Source: a virus. Taken from it: 64,000 nucleotides of DNA. A model generated the notes under the pieces. It was not told the origin of the DNA, did no database searches, and saw only the letters and a list, made by a program, of their open reading frames with translations. Positions 28,961 through 39,301 of the stretch are shown here, in pieces; the stretch's first letter is position 1; each line of letters opens with the position of its first letter. A program made the translations under genes and the position numbers. The stretch is from IMG/VR virus record IMGVR_UViG_3300043465_002420. The stretch is one strand, 5' to 3'.

Positions 28961-29676
28961 TTCCTTACATTCATTTCTTCAAACTTATCTAATATTCCAG
29001 CAATCAAGGGATGTCTTACGATTGAGCAAGCCTTGAACCTTATGACAGCAACTCCCTTTAGTTCTTCCATTTTATTGGCTATTTCTAATAACGATGAATT
29101 GCCTCCATTTATATCACTTTGATCTGGGTCTCCCGTGATAATCATTTTGCTATTATGTCCAAATCTAGTCATAAATAGTTTAATTTGTGTTTTAGTTGCA
29201 TTTTGAGCTTCATCAAATATGCAAACAGAATCTTTAAAGGTTCTGCCACGGCAAAAAGCTATAGGTGCAATTTCCATTGATTTATTTATTATTTCTCTTT
29301 GTGGTCCGTCTTTGCCAAGACAAGTCTCCATACAGTCATACATTGGCATCATATAAGGATTTAACTTCTCTTCTATGCCTCCAGGCAAAAAACCAAGGCT
29401 TTCTCCAGCTTCAACAACTGGTCTGGTTAGAATTATTTTCTTTCTTTTTAATGCTAAGATTTCACTTATAGCAAAAGCACAAGATAATTGCGTCTTGCCA
29501 CATCCAGCAGGGCCAAGTAAAAATAAAACATCATGTTGATCAAAAGCACCCCAAGCCAATCTTTGAGCTTGATTCATGAATTCAAAATGAAAATTTTGAC
29601 TTGTAGAAGCGTGGTTTGGTTTTGGTATTTCTTGTTTTTTGTTTTTATAGACAACTTTTCTTTTTGATCTAGACAT
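28957..29676 (-). CDS. phoH: PhoH family ATPase
   Basis: GPAGCGKT, TRPVVEAGESLGFLPG, RGRTF, DEAQN, GDPDQSD, VRHPLI. Confidence 0.96.
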   Translation of the reverse strand: MSRSKRKVVYKNKKQEIPKPNHASTSQNFHFEFMNQAQRLAWGAFDQHDVLFLLGPAGCGKTQLSCAFAISEILALKRKKIILTRPVVEAGESLGFLPGGIEEKLNPYMMPMYDCMETCLGKDGPQREIINKSMEIAPIAFCRGRTFKDSVCIFDEAQNATKTQIKLFMTRFGHNSKMIITGDPDQSDINGGNSSLLEIANKMEELKGVAVIRFKACSIVRHPLIAGILDKFEEMNVRK

Positions 29677-29754
29677 TATTTGTTTCCTGATAAATAGTTA
29701 GTTTCTAACATATATATCAATTGAAATGACAAATAATCAGCATAAGGCAAATAT

Positions 29755-30225
29755 ATGTTAACCAATAATTTTAAATTATTTTTTGAAGAAAAAGAAATGG
29801 AAGATGTAAAGAAGCTTTTAAATAAGTTGCCTACAAGTCATAAAAAATTGATCCATGGATTCAAATTCAAATATACTGGTAATAATACTTTAAATGGCGA
29901 TAAAAAACATGTTGGTGTAATTTATGGAAAAAAAATTGAGGTCGCTGCCCCTTGGAATTACAGCAGAGAATTTACCACATTGCACGAAATAGCACATTTG
30001 ATTTGGTCTCATAAATTAACGCCTAAATTAAAAAAAGAATGGGCAAAACTTTTAAAATCAACAAAAAAAGAAATGAATAAAAAAGAAATTTCAAAATCTT
30101 CTTTAAATCAAGGTGCTGAAGAGATTTTTGCGATGAGTTATGCAAATTATTATTCAAAACATAAAATTTTGACATATAATCATCCAAAGTGGATGGATTT
30201 TATAAAAGAAAAAGTACCAGACTAA
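29755..30225 (+). CDS. HExxH zinc-metalloprotease-like protein
   Basis: TTLHEIAH followed by EEIFAMSY; N-terminus MLTNNFKLFFEE. Confidence 0.65.
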   Translation: MLTNNFKLFFEEKEMEDVKKLLNKLPTSHKKLIHGFKFKYTGNNTLNGDKKHVGVIYGKKIEVAAPWNYSREFTTLHEIAHLIWSHKLTPKLKKEWAKLLKSTKKEMNKKEISKSSLNQGAEEIFAMSYANYYSKHKILTYNHPKWMDFIKEKVPD

Positions 30226-30944
30226 ATTGGTTTAGATTGAACTTGGCTTACCAGTTTTGGCAATATCGTAACAGCTTCTTCTTGAAGCTTTTCATATTCG
30301 TTGATTCCCAAGCTAAATATTTTATAATGATGAACTACTGGGGTTTTCATTATTTGTGGCTTAAAACCTCTGCTTTGAGATTTCATAGTCATAATAAAGC
30401 TTGTTCCAATTTGTGGTAACTCTTCTGGCCAAGGTCCAATATCATCCCAGCAATCTCTAGTCATCAAAATAAGATGATCAGTAATGAAACCAACATCTTG
30501 ATTGCCAACTGTATATGTTTGACTATCCAATCCAATAAATCCAGAAGATGTAGATTCGCTTACATTAAGAAGTAAATCTAACCAACTAGGATTGGTGATT
30601 ACGACATCGCAATGCATAAAAATAAGATATTTTGAATTTTTGTCAGCAGCCTTTGCACCCTTGTTACATGCAGCAGACCAATATAGATTTTTTTCATTTC
30701 TGACAACCTTAACGGTGCCTTCTATATCATCCAAAAAATCTTGGGATTCTTTATCACTACCATTGTCAACAACTATGATTTCGTAGTTACTATTAAAAGA
30801 TGTGACACAAATACTTTGTAGCGTAAGATTCAAATATTCGGGTCTATCTTTATGAACTATAATGATTGATATTTGCTCATCACTATAATTTTTTAAAGAT
30901 ACTGTTAATTCTGATTTTTTATTTTCTAAAGTATTGTCGCTCAT
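30222..30944 (-). CDS. Glycosyltransferase family 2
   Basis: ISIIIVHKD, VVDNGS, YWSAACNKG, FMHCDV. Confidence 0.88.
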   Translation of the reverse strand: MSDNTLENKKSELTVSLKNYSDEQISIIIVHKDRPEYLNLTLQSICVTSFNSNYEIIVVDNGSDKESQDFLDDIEGTVKVVRNEKNLYWSAACNKGAKAADKNSKYLIFMHCDVVITNPSWLDLLLNVSESTSSGFIGLDSQTYTVGNQDVGFITDHLILMTRDCWDDIGPWPEELPQIGTSFIMTMKSQSRGFKPQIMKTPVVHHYKIFSLGINEYEKLQEEAVTILPKLVSQVQSKPI

Positions 30945-30946
30945 CT

Positions 30947-31159
30947 TTATTCCTCAATTTCTAATTCAAAAACGCCTCTAGTACACAGACACTGAATTGG
31001 TCCTGTTGGAGTTTGAATTGATTCTGTATAATTTTTTGCAAGTTTATTTGCGTATTGTTCCGCCTTATTAGATTCACGAAAAGCCTTTTCTGGCTTTAGT
31101 ACAATGTATTCGCCTTCGACCTGCCTAGCAACGCTTATTACTGCAAATATTTTTTCCAT
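30947..31159 (-). CDS. Hypothetical protein
   Basis: 70-aa ORF in operon. Confidence 0.6.
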   Translation of the reverse strand: MEKIFAVISVARQVEGEYIVLKPEKAFRESNKAEQYANKLAKNYTESIQTPTGPIQCLCTRGVFELEIEE

Positions 31160-31186
31160 GAAATAATCTAGTTACTTATTTTAAAT

Positions 31187-31678
31187 TTAAATTTCTTTTA
31201 ATCCATTTGGAACGATCAAAGGTTTTTGATCTTCACTTTTAATATCTATTCCATTATCAAAATCTTCCGTTTGCATGTCAATATAATCATTAATTTTGGG
31301 TTCTTTTCTCAAAGTATCTGTTACTACAGAAGATTTTTTAATTTCTGGTGCTTTGAAATCATCATTTAAAGAATCTAATTTTTTATAGTTATCATCCCCC
31401 AATTCGCCAACAAATAAAGGCCTATCCTTTTTCGTTATCATTTGAGCCTTACTCAAATGTTGACGAAAATTTTTACCAAATGAACTGTATGCATTGCTTG
31501 GGTATTTGCTAACCATTTTTTTGAGTTCATTTTTTATAGATTCATCATATTCTTTTTTGTCAATCCAAGCAAAAACCTTATCTAAGGTCAACATTCTAAA
31601 GTCTCTTTGCTCTTCTCGATCTGGATTGTTTAAATTTACAACTTTAAAATTTATTGATTCTGCACTGTGATGGCTCAT
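31187..31678 (-). CDS. Hypothetical protein
   Basis: 163 aa, 4-nt overlap with the upstream gene. Confidence 0.6.
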   Translation of the reverse strand: MSHHSAESINFKVVNLNNPDREEQRDFRMLTLDKVFAWIDKKEYDESIKNELKKMVSKYPSNAYSSFGKNFRQHLSKAQMITKKDRPLFVGELGDDNYKKLDSLNDDFKAPEIKKSSVVTDTLRKEPKINDYIDMQTEDFDNGIDIKSEDQKPLIVPNGLKEI

Positions 31679-32001
31679 ATTTTATCCTTTGTTTCATTCA
31701 TGTTTTGATATTCTTTTATTTCTTTAGTAATCCCAAAAAACTCCATATTTCCCATTTGAGCGTTTTTTATGTTCTCCTTTATGTATTCTGGAATTTCAAA
31801 AGAAATTGTCTTTATTGGTGTTTCATAATATCCACCAATATATTCTCCAATTTTATTTTTTATTTCTGCGTCAATTTGACCTATTGGCATAACTTTTTTC
31901 TGCTCATTGTCATAAAAAACAATGACCGATTTTTGATTTCCATCATCATCAATCATGTTTATTTCAAATGTAGTCAATAAATTGGCAGATAATATTTGCA
32001 T
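31675..32001 (-). CDS. Hypothetical protein
   Basis: 108-aa ORF. Confidence 0.6.
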   Translation of the reverse strand: MQILSANLLTTFEINMIDDDGNQKSVIVFYDNEQKKVMPIGQIDAEIKNKIGEYIGGYYETPIKTISFEIPEYIKENIKNAQMGNMEFFGITKEIKEYQNMNETKDKI

Positions 32002-32021
32002 AATTTTTGTATATCTAATAT

Positions 32022-32375
32022 ATGGAAAATAAATTTAAAAATTTCGTTATTTTAAAAGAGTTATCGGAACACAATAATCTCTACATACCAGAAGGATTTG
32101 ATTGGGTGAAAGACTATATTCATAAAATTCCCAAATATGATATAGATCTTCCGACAATCACTAAAAAGTCTAAAATTCATTTTATAAACAAAAACAAGAA
32201 TCCTATCTCTATTCATTTTATGGATGGATCTAAAATATTTTGCTCATATGATCAATTTCTTAGACTTCCAAAAAATTTATGCCAAGGAAACGAACTTGAA
32301 TTTAAATTTCTCGGTCATTCTAGCCAAAAAGACCAACCAATGCTATTGAAGTCAATAAAATTAATTAGCGTTTAA
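32022..32375 (+). CDS. Hypothetical protein
   Basis: 117-aa ORF, divergent orientation. Confidence 0.6.
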   Translation: MENKFKNFVILKELSEHNNLYIPEGFDWVKDYIHKIPKYDIDLPTITKKSKIHFINKNKNPISIHFMDGSKIFCSYDQFLRLPKNLCQGNELEFKFLGHSSQKDQPMLLKSIKLISV

Positions 32376-32568
32376 TTTTATTGATATCGATCTTATCAGG
32401 ATCAAATCCTGGTGAAAATGGAGATGGAGAATATTCTTTTTGCAACTTATGAATTACTCTATCGGCCACTTTATCAATAATTACTTTATGACCAAATGCC
32501 AAACCTAAAAACAAAATCGCCAATGCAACAACTGGCAAAAATAATTTATTTTCTGTAATATTACTCAT
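32365..32568 (-). CDS. Small membrane-anchored protein
   Basis: One TM helix, then YSPSPFSPGFDPDK. Confidence 0.6.
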   Translation of the reverse strand: MSNITENKLFLPVVALAILFLGLAFGHKVIIDKVADRVIHKLQKEYSPSPFSPGFDPDKIDINKIKR

Positions 32569-32589
32569 TTTAAACCTTCCTTTTGAATA

Positions 32590-33645
32590 TTATAGTTTAC
32601 TAACTTTCCTATCCCATTCTTTTTTTCTTACACTTGGATTTTTTTTCTCAATTTCATTTATTTTTTCAAGCAAATCAAGATATTCCTGTGGCATATTTTT
32701 AGGCATATCTAACTTTGGAATTGCAAACATGTCACCAATACCATCTATTCCACCAGGCAAGCCCTGTCTTTGAATTCTAATTTGTGAATTTGGCATAGTG
32801 TTTTTTGGTATCTTTACTTTTACTTTTTGTTTGTAAATATTTGAAATTTCTAATTCAAATCCATTTACAAGTTGGTAAAAAGTACAAGGAACATCTATCA
32901 CAATGTGATTATCGTGTCGTTGGAAAAATTCATGCTGTAATACTTGAATGAATATAATCAAATCGCCATTAATTCCATTATTGTGCCTACAAGGATCACC
33001 TTGTTCTGGCATGCGTATTTGACCACTTGATACCCCTGCTGGAATGGGCAAATCAATTACCACTTCTTCACTTTGCATTCCTTGATATCCAGCACCATTA
33101 CAGTCATTGCAATTTTCTATAATTATCTTTCCAGAACCATTACATGCTTGGCATGCGGTTTGAAAATTAATATTTGCATTTCCTTGCAACAAAACATTAT
33201 GAATGCCTGTTCCATTACAATGCTTGCAGCTTTCAAACTTTTTAGATCCATTTCCATTGCAGGATGCACATATTTTGCTTTTTTTTACTTTTACTTGTTT
33301 AGAACAACCTGTAGCAGCTTCTTCTAAAGTAATTTCAACTTTGACTTGTATATTTTTTCCTTTGTGAATAGATTTTCCAAAGATGTCGTGCATAGTATGC
33401 ATGAAACCAGAAGACCATTCATTAGGATTAACACCAAAGCCAAATTGATCAAATTGGTTTTTCTTTTTTGAATTATTTAAAATATCATAAGATTCTTGAA
33501 CTTCTCTAAATTTCTCCTCTGCTGTAGGATCTCCAATATTCCTATCAGGATGAAACTGTTTAGCTTTTTTCCTGTAGGCATTTTGAATTTCTTCAGCAGA
33601 GGCAGTTCTAGAAATTTCTAATACTAAATATGGATCTTTATTCAT
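32590..33645 (-). CDS. dnaJ: Chaperone DnaJ
   Basis: J domain with HPD, four CxxCxGxG repeats, C-terminal domain GDLII. Confidence 0.96.
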   Translation of the reverse strand: MNKDPYLVLEISRTASAEEIQNAYRKKAKQFHPDRNIGDPTAEEKFREVQESYDILNNSKKKNQFDQFGFGVNPNEWSSGFMHTMHDIFGKSIHKGKNIQVKVEITLEEAATGCSKQVKVKKSKICASCNGNGSKKFESCKHCNGTGIHNVLLQGNANINFQTACQACNGSGKIIIENCNDCNGAGYQGMQSEEVVIDLPIPAGVSSGQIRMPEQGDPCRHNNGINGDLIIFIQVLQHEFFQRHDNHIVIDVPCTFYQLVNGFELEISNIYKQKVKVKIPKNTMPNSQIRIQRQGLPGGIDGIGDMFAIPKLDMPKNMPQEYLDLLEKINEIEKKNPSVRKKEWDRKVSKL

Positions 33646-33650
33646 TTTTT

Positions 33651-33989
33651 CTATTCGACAATAACAGCCTTAATAGCATTAGGTTCCATCAAGAAAGAGT
33701 CTCGATGAATAGAATTGTAATTTGGAGAAATTACACCGCTTCCGCTAATTAAAACTCGATCACCAACCTTATAACCCCATTCTGAACTAAAAGTTGGGCC
33801 AACAGCCCTTATGTAGCCCTGTAAAGGCACCTTAAGATCTGTTTTTTCAGAAATAGTGATATTGGTGTTCATAAGCTCTTGTGGTGTCAAAATCTCAACT
33901 AAAACTTGACTACCACAAGGAGTGACACCTTTAACAGTACGAACCGAAGAAAGGCACTCGCCATCTGCACCGACAATTTTCTTAGACAT
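33651..33989 (-). CDS. groES: GroES-like co-chaperonin
   Basis: TPCGSQVLVE, GYIRAVGP, KVGDRVL, IKAVIVE. Confidence 0.75.
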   Translation of the reverse strand: MSKKIVGADGECLSSVRTVKGVTPCGSQVLVEILTPQELMNTNITISEKTDLKVPLQGYIRAVGPTFSSEWGYKVGDRVLISGSGVISPNYNSIHRDSFLMEPNAIKAVIVE

Positions 33990-33998
33990 TTGAAACTC

Positions 33999-34331
33999 CT
34001 AAAAAATATCATTTGTATTAGTTGTTATAGTAATATTCTTTGCATAAATTTCATTAGTAGAAAAATTGTTATGGTCAAATTGATTAGAAACAAATAATTG
34101 TGGATTAATTTGCCTATTTGTCATTTCTGAATCATAGATTTTAAAATCTATATTTTTTTTATCATCCGATACAACCAAAGGCACATCTGATAATTTTTCA
34201 AATATTTTTTCAGCTTCCTTTTCGCAATAACCATCCATTAAATCTAAATGGCCCAAACAAGCATCATAATAAATTGATTTAGCAAAGCTCAATAGTTGTT
34301 CAATTGTAATTTTTTTAGAAATCATTGGCAC
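33999..34331 (-). CDS. Hypothetical protein
   Basis: 110-aa ORF, GAGG RBS. Confidence 0.6.
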   Translation of the reverse strand: MPMISKKITIEQLLSFAKSIYYDACLGHLDLMDGYCEKEAEKIFEKLSDVPLVVSDDKKNIDFKIYDSEMTNRQINPQLFVSNQFDHNNFSTNEIYAKNITITTNTNDIF

Positions 34332-34337
34332 CTCTTG

Positions 34338-35546
34338 TTAAATCCAGTATGTTATAAAGTAACATTTGTGATCTTTCTCAGCAACTATAATTGGAGTAAA
34401 ATATTTATTTTGAATCATATTTTTATCAAATTCATATTTTGATTCCAAACAATCTTGATAAACTCTCAATTTCCCATTGCAGTCTATAAATGAATAATTT
34501 TTATCTTTAGACAAAACAGGAAAATCAAAAGAAGGTACTATTAAACCATAAAAATCAAATATCGATTTGTTGTCTGCCTCTGGAAATTTTTCCAATTTGC
34601 TTATAACATCTTTTACTTTATCGGTCATAATATCATTGAAATAATTCAATGGGTATATTTTAGGCTCATATTCATAACCATTTATTTCTTCATTTTCATC
34701 AAAAAAGTATTTTCCAAAAAGTCCTTGGGTGGCAAATATTTTAAATATATCTGATTGATCTGAAAAAATAGTTGGTGTGATTGAACTCGTATAGTTAAAA
34801 TTTCTCGACAGAATCAAACTGGCAGCGGACATGGTAATTCTATTGAACCCAAAATAAGATTGTCGTATATACTCATGATAAGATTGCAAGTTGCTTGTTA
34901 TTTCGTTTGCCAAAAAAGAACAACCCAAATCCTCATATCTTTTGGCTTTGCGTTCCATATTTTTAACTTCATTTTCTAAAGATTTATCAAATCTTAAAAA
35001 ATTATAAAAATTATTTGGATGAGAATTAAAATTATAAATTCCTTTTTTATAAGCACTATTAAGATCAATTATTTGCATCTTTTTTTGACATCTGATTTTT
35101 TCTTTTTTTTCATTGTCATTTAAAAAACGCAAATTGCATCTGTTGTTTTCTGGAACATCGATTTTAGACAATATTTTAAAATTATCTAAAACATATTTAC
35201 TCATAAAACTTTGAAGAAGTTCACTCAGCTTGGTGAATTTATTCGCTTTTCCAAAATTATAATAAGAGCATAATTCATCGAATACTTGGTTGAATTCACC
35301 ATTATCTTGAAAAATCCCATCATAACAATCTTCAATATTTGGATGGCTTATGTCAACACTTTTTAAAAAAGCGACAATTTTATCTCCGATGTCACCAAAC
35401 GCAGTACGCAATATTTCGTGATCCGAATTAAGTAATTTGGAAATGAATAAATTATCTTTTTTTTTATAAAAACTAGAATTAGAATTAAGTCTTTTATAGA
35501 ATTCTTCAAAAAAACTAATTATATTTGTGTCTTTAATAGGATTCAT
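34338..35546 (-). CDS. Hypothetical protein
   Basis: Long ORF; start moved to ATG 35546 to avoid overlap with infC. Confidence 0.65.
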   Translation of the reverse strand: MNPIKDTNIISFFEEFYKRLNSNSSFYKKKDNLFISKLLNSDHEILRTAFGDIGDKIVAFLKSVDISHPNIEDCYDGIFQDNGEFNQVFDELCSYYNFGKANKFTKLSELLQSFMSKYVLDNFKILSKIDVPENNRCNLRFLNDNEKKEKIRCQKKMQIIDLNSAYKKGIYNFNSHPNNFYNFLRFDKSLENEVKNMERKAKRYEDLGCSFLANEITSNLQSYHEYIRQSYFGFNRITMSAASLILSRNFNYTSSITPTIFSDQSDIFKIFATQGLFGKYFFDENEEINGYEYEPKIYPLNYFNDIMTDKVKDVISKLEKFPEADNKSIFDFYGLIVPSFDFPVLSKDKNYSFIDCNGKLRVYQDCLESKYEFDKNMIQNKYFTPIIVAEKDHKCYFITYWI

Positions 35547-35553
35547 GTTTTTC

Positions 35554-36111
35554 TCAAACTTTAGAAGCCAAACAACAAAATATTTTATTACCTTCAAATT
35601 TAGGAGCAACTTCCACTGTTGAATATTCAGACAAACTATCAATCAATTTTTTAACAAGATTAAAACCATTGTCAATATGATTTAATTCCCTTCCGCCTTT
35701 AAATTGAACGATGCAGTGAATCTTACAACCTTCTTGCAAAAACCTTTTCGCATGATTAACTTTTGTCATAAGGTCATTTTCTGCAATAGATGGTCTAAAT
35801 CTCAATTCTTTAAATTGTATTTGAGATTCCCTTTTCTTTTTGGCACTCTCTTTATCTTTTACTTTTTTTTCATATTTGTACTTAGCATAATCCATAATTT
35901 TACAAAGTGGAGGATTAGCATTTGGGATAACTTCTACTAAATCAAAATTAGATTCTTCTGCAATTCTTCTTGCATTATCTGTTGACATGATGCCAAGCTG
36001 CTCTTCGTTTCTTACGACTCTTACAGTGAGTACTCTAATTTGATAATTTATTCTAAGTTCGCTAGGTTTGTTTGGATCTTTATCATAATTGCGATAGTTC
36101 TGATGATGCAT
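35554..36111 (-). CDS. infC: Translation initiation factor IF3
   Basis: RINYQIR..VRVV, DLVEV.PNANPPLCKIMDYAKYKYE, KELRFRPSI, AKRFLQEG. Confidence 0.95.
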   Translation of the reverse strand: MHHQNYRNYDKDPNKPSELRINYQIRVLTVRVVRNEEQLGIMSTDNARRIAEESNFDLVEVIPNANPPLCKIMDYAKYKYEKKVKDKESAKKKRESQIQFKELRFRPSIAENDLMTKVNHAKRFLQEGCKIHCIVQFKGGRELNHIDNGFNLVKKLIDSLSEYSTVEVAPKFEGNKIFCCLASKV

Positions 36112-37658
36112 TAAGTGCTTTCCTTGGTAAATGTCACATTTATAAGACTAATTTCTTTAGATTTCAAAGATGTAGATATAACGCTGTCTAATTCATCTTT
36201 GTTAGATACAATAAAACCATTACCGAAATTAAAAAATTGTTTAAACTTTTCAATATTATAAAATTTATTCATGTTATTACTTAGTATAAAAATTATAGGA
36301 TTAAGTTTATTTTGAAACAAAGTATGCAATTCGATCATGGAAATATCAAATGAATTTTCACTCAACAATACAATTGGTCTAAGTTCTGGCTTTGATAGTT
36401 GTAAACCTAAAGAGCCAGGAATTGCAAATCCTGTAGAATAATGAAATGCAGGGCTAAAAAATCTATTTTCATAAACCCTTAATTTAGAAGCACTTGTAAG
36501 AAAATCGCCAGCATCGGCTATTATTGCCAAATTATTATCTTTGCATATAAGATTATTGATTTTATTGAAAAAATATTTTTCAGAAATATATTCATTATTT
36601 TTAGAATCTTCAAAATATTCATTATTTTTATAATTTTCAATTATTGCCTTAGAAGGAAAATTTATTTCAAATAAATAATTACAAAAATCAGAAAATGTCA
36701 CATTATTATAAACATGATTCTTTATATAAAGACCTTCAGTAGAGCAAAAAACAACATGTCTTTTAGTAAATCTTGGAGATTGAAATCCAAGAGTTACATC
36801 CGATAAACATTCTCCAAAAACCAACAGACAGTCAGACTGATCTATAATTGCATTCACATTTTCATCAGATGTCTTAGAGCCACAATAAACCCCACGAAAC
36901 AAATGATTGTTCTCATCAACAGAACTTTTTCCAAGCAATGTTGTCATAAATGGAATATTGTGTTTTTCTGCAAATCTAACAATCTTTTTGCTTAGTCCGT
37001 ATCTTATAACTTGAACACCTATTAATATCACAGGATTTTTACTTTCGGCAATCCAATCTGAAGTTTCTTTTATTGCATCCTGTAATGTTTCTTTGTCGCT
37101 TGTTTTACTATTTGGAGTTCCGTCACGATAGACATCATATCTAATTGGTGAATTGGCTACATCTATAGGAAGCTCTAAGTAAATAGGCTGCTTGTTTTTC
37201 AGAAGTGCCTCCAACCCTTCATCGATAGCCAGACCTGCTTTTGTAGCATCATTTAAAATAGTCGAATAACAAGTAATGTTTTTAAATATTTTTTGCTGGT
37301 TATCAAAACTTCTCACGACATGATGTAATAAAAAATCTTCATTTCTTGATTTTATAGGAGGAGACATGGATATCACAATGACTGGTGATTTCTCCGAGTA
37401 TGCACCAGCAATTGAATTGCAAAGCTTTAAGGCTCCCGCATTGTAATTTGCACAAACGCAACCAGTGCCTTGAATCCTAGCGTAAATGTCAGCAGCAAAT
37501 CCAGAACTGTTTTCATCTTTATTGGCAATAAATTTTATTTTAGAATTATTATTTATATTTTCTATAAAACTATTATTGTGACCACCAACAACTCCAAAAA
37601 TGTGTTTAACACCAATGTTTTCAAGCCTTTCAATCAAAAAATTTGAAACTAATGACAT
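36111..37658 (-). CDS. Thiamine-pyrophosphate enzyme homolog (alpha-keto acid / indolepyruvate decarboxylase-like) with degenerate TPP motif
   Basis: GVKHIFGV, DENSSGFAADIYAR, LAGAYSEK-like segment, TTLLGKS; the GDG motif reads SEN. Confidence 0.85.
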   Translation of the reverse strand: MSLVSNFLIERLENIGVKHIFGVVGGHNNSFIENINNNSKIKFIANKDENSSGFAADIYARIQGTGCVCANYNAGALKLCNSIAGAYSEKSPVIVISMSPPIKSRNEDFLLHHVVRSFDNQQKIFKNITCYSTILNDATKAGLAIDEGLEALLKNKQPIYLELPIDVANSPIRYDVYRDGTPNSKTSDKETLQDAIKETSDWIAESKNPVILIGVQVIRYGLSKKIVRFAEKHNIPFMTTLLGKSSVDENNHLFRGVYCGSKTSDENVNAIIDQSDCLLVFGECLSDVTLGFQSPRFTKRHVVFCSTEGLYIKNHVYNNVTFSDFCNYLFEINFPSKAIIENYKNNEYFEDSKNNEYISEKYFFNKINNLICKDNNLAIIADAGDFLTSASKLRVYENRFFSPAFHYSTGFAIPGSLGLQLSKPELRPIVLLSENSFDISMIELHTLFQNKLNPIIFILSNNMNKFYNIEKFKQFFNFGNGFIVSNKDELDSVISTSLKSKEISLINVTFTKEST

Positions 37659-37665
37659 AATTTTC

Positions 37666-38448
37666 TCATATCTCTGATGTTGGACTATCTGAAATTTTTA
37701 AAATATAGCCTTCAGTATCTACTGGGAATCTTCTGATCCATTCAATATTGGGAGGTATGTTGCAATGATAATCAATATTACTAGGATCTATAAAACTTGG
37801 AATTACCGATAATGATTCCAAGTTTAGCGTTACAGCCATTTTCATGAGTTTAAATTCTAAAAAGTAACAACCTGGAAAACATGTATCTCCATTTTTCCAT
37901 TGATATACGAAATAACTTTCTTGTAAAACATCTTTGGTCGTCATTCCATCAACGCCAATCACATCTTGATATACCATTTCTGTTTGAGCAGCAGAATTCA
38001 TAAACTTTATAATTTTTACAGGTTGCCCTTTTTTCCAATTTTGAGCAATTGTTCCATGATAACCTCTTTGTACTTGAATGTAATAATTAGATTCATCAAA
38101 GGCTGTAACCAACAAATGCTCCGTCTGTCTTGGTCTGTCAACTATTATAACATCACCAATCATAATCTGATTAAATCCGATATTATCAGCAAGAGAAAAA
38201 TATGTATCTGTGCTGCTGACTGCGAATTTAAATTTCCCATTTGACCACATCGAAGCCTCTAACACGAGATCAGTAAGATCTAAAGGGCCATCACAATCTT
38301 CGATCTTTACTTTAAAATCAGGCTTTGTATCATTTCTTCTTAGAGTAAAGTCGGGGCAAACACCGCTTTTACAACCATATTGGTCAATGCATCCGCTACT
38401 CTGACCCGTGTATTTATTTGAATTGCAACTCATATAATATTTATCCAA
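37666..38448 (-). CDS. Probable baseplate/tail protein (BppU N-terminal-like)
   Basis: FTLRRNDTKPDF...DLTD... and YQWKNGDT..PGCYFLEF pattern. Confidence 0.6.
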   Translation of the reverse strand: MDKYYMSCNSNKYTGQSSGCIDQYGCKSGVCPDFTLRRNDTKPDFKVKIEDCDGPLDLTDLVLEASMWSNGKFKFAVSSTDTYFSLADNIGFNQIMIGDVIIVDRPRQTEHLLVTAFDESNYYIQVQRGYHGTIAQNWKKGQPVKIIKFMNSAAQTEMVYQDVIGVDGMTTKDVLQESYFVYQWKNGDTCFPGCYFLEFKLMKMAVTLNLESLSVIPSFIDPSNIDYHCNIPPNIEWIRRFPVDTEGYILKISDSPTSEI

Positions 38449-38452
38449 TCCC

Positions 38453-38890
38453 TTAAAATATCTCAGCTTGTTGTATTAAAAATATGTAATCCTTTATCCA
38501 ATGAAGGTTTCCATCGTATTTTTGCAAATCTATATTTGCACTTAAACACAACTGCTCAACTTCGTTATTTATCACTTCTGTTTCAATATAAACAATTTTT
38601 TTTACCAAAGAATTAGCTAAAATTATCAAAGATTCAAATAATGGAGTGTAAGTCAAATAAAGAATACCAGAAACATCAAAAATTTTAAGATTAGTAAACA
38701 AATATATTTCTGGCTCTAAAACAAATATACCTTGCTCAGAACTAATACCTTTAGGCTTATTTTCAGAACTAATATAAATTATATTATTTGTGTCGCAAAA
38801 TAATGCTATTTTTCTTTGTTTGGATTTAACTGATGATAAAAGAGCAATTCCAATATGATAATCATCATTTTTTAATCTCTGAATTTCCAT
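38453..38890 (-). CDS. dCMP-deaminase-fold protein lacking Zn ligands
   Basis: HAE replaced by EPE and PCxxC by PLFES; LYLTYTP and VKKIVY flanks retained. Confidence 0.6.
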   Translation of the reverse strand: MEIQRLKNDDYHIGIALLSSVKSKQRKIALFCDTNNIIYISSENKPKGISSEQGIFVLEPEIYLFTNLKIFDVSGILYLTYTPLFESLIILANSLVKKIVYIETEVINNEVEQLCLSANIDLQKYDGNLHWIKDYIFLIQQAEIF

Positions 38891-39301
38891 TTAATCACCA
38901 ACCATTTGAAGAAATTCTACGGACAAATTGTCATAATCATTAATCTTTATAAAATCTTTCAACAATTTCTTTTGTTTTCTATCCATAAGTTTCATACAAA
39001 TTTTTGAAGATAATGGAATTTTTATTTCCCATGAATTATGAATATGTAAACAAGCCACTCCTTGTATGCTTCCCAATCTATAATAATCAACACATTCTTT
39101 TACATAAAAATCAGACGCACAATCATATGAATAACCACTAATGGCTATTCCTTTTTCACATGGTATATTTAACAATTTGTTTTTGCATGGGTTTATATTA
39201 TCAATAAAAACCGCAACAAGATATGTTCTTTGACTTGCATCCAAAGAAATATTTAATTCTTTTTTTTGTAATTTGCACAATGAATTTAAATTCGTAGCCA
39301 T
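38891..39301 (-). CDS. Hypothetical protein
   Basis: 136-aa ORF abutting the next gene. Confidence 0.55.
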   Translation of the reverse strand: MATNLNSLCKLQKKELNISLDASQRTYLVAVFIDNINPCKNKLLNIPCEKGIAISGYSYDCASDFYVKECVDYYRLGSIQGVACLHIHNSWEIKIPLSSKICMKLMDRKQKKLLKDFIKINDYDNLSVEFLQMVGD

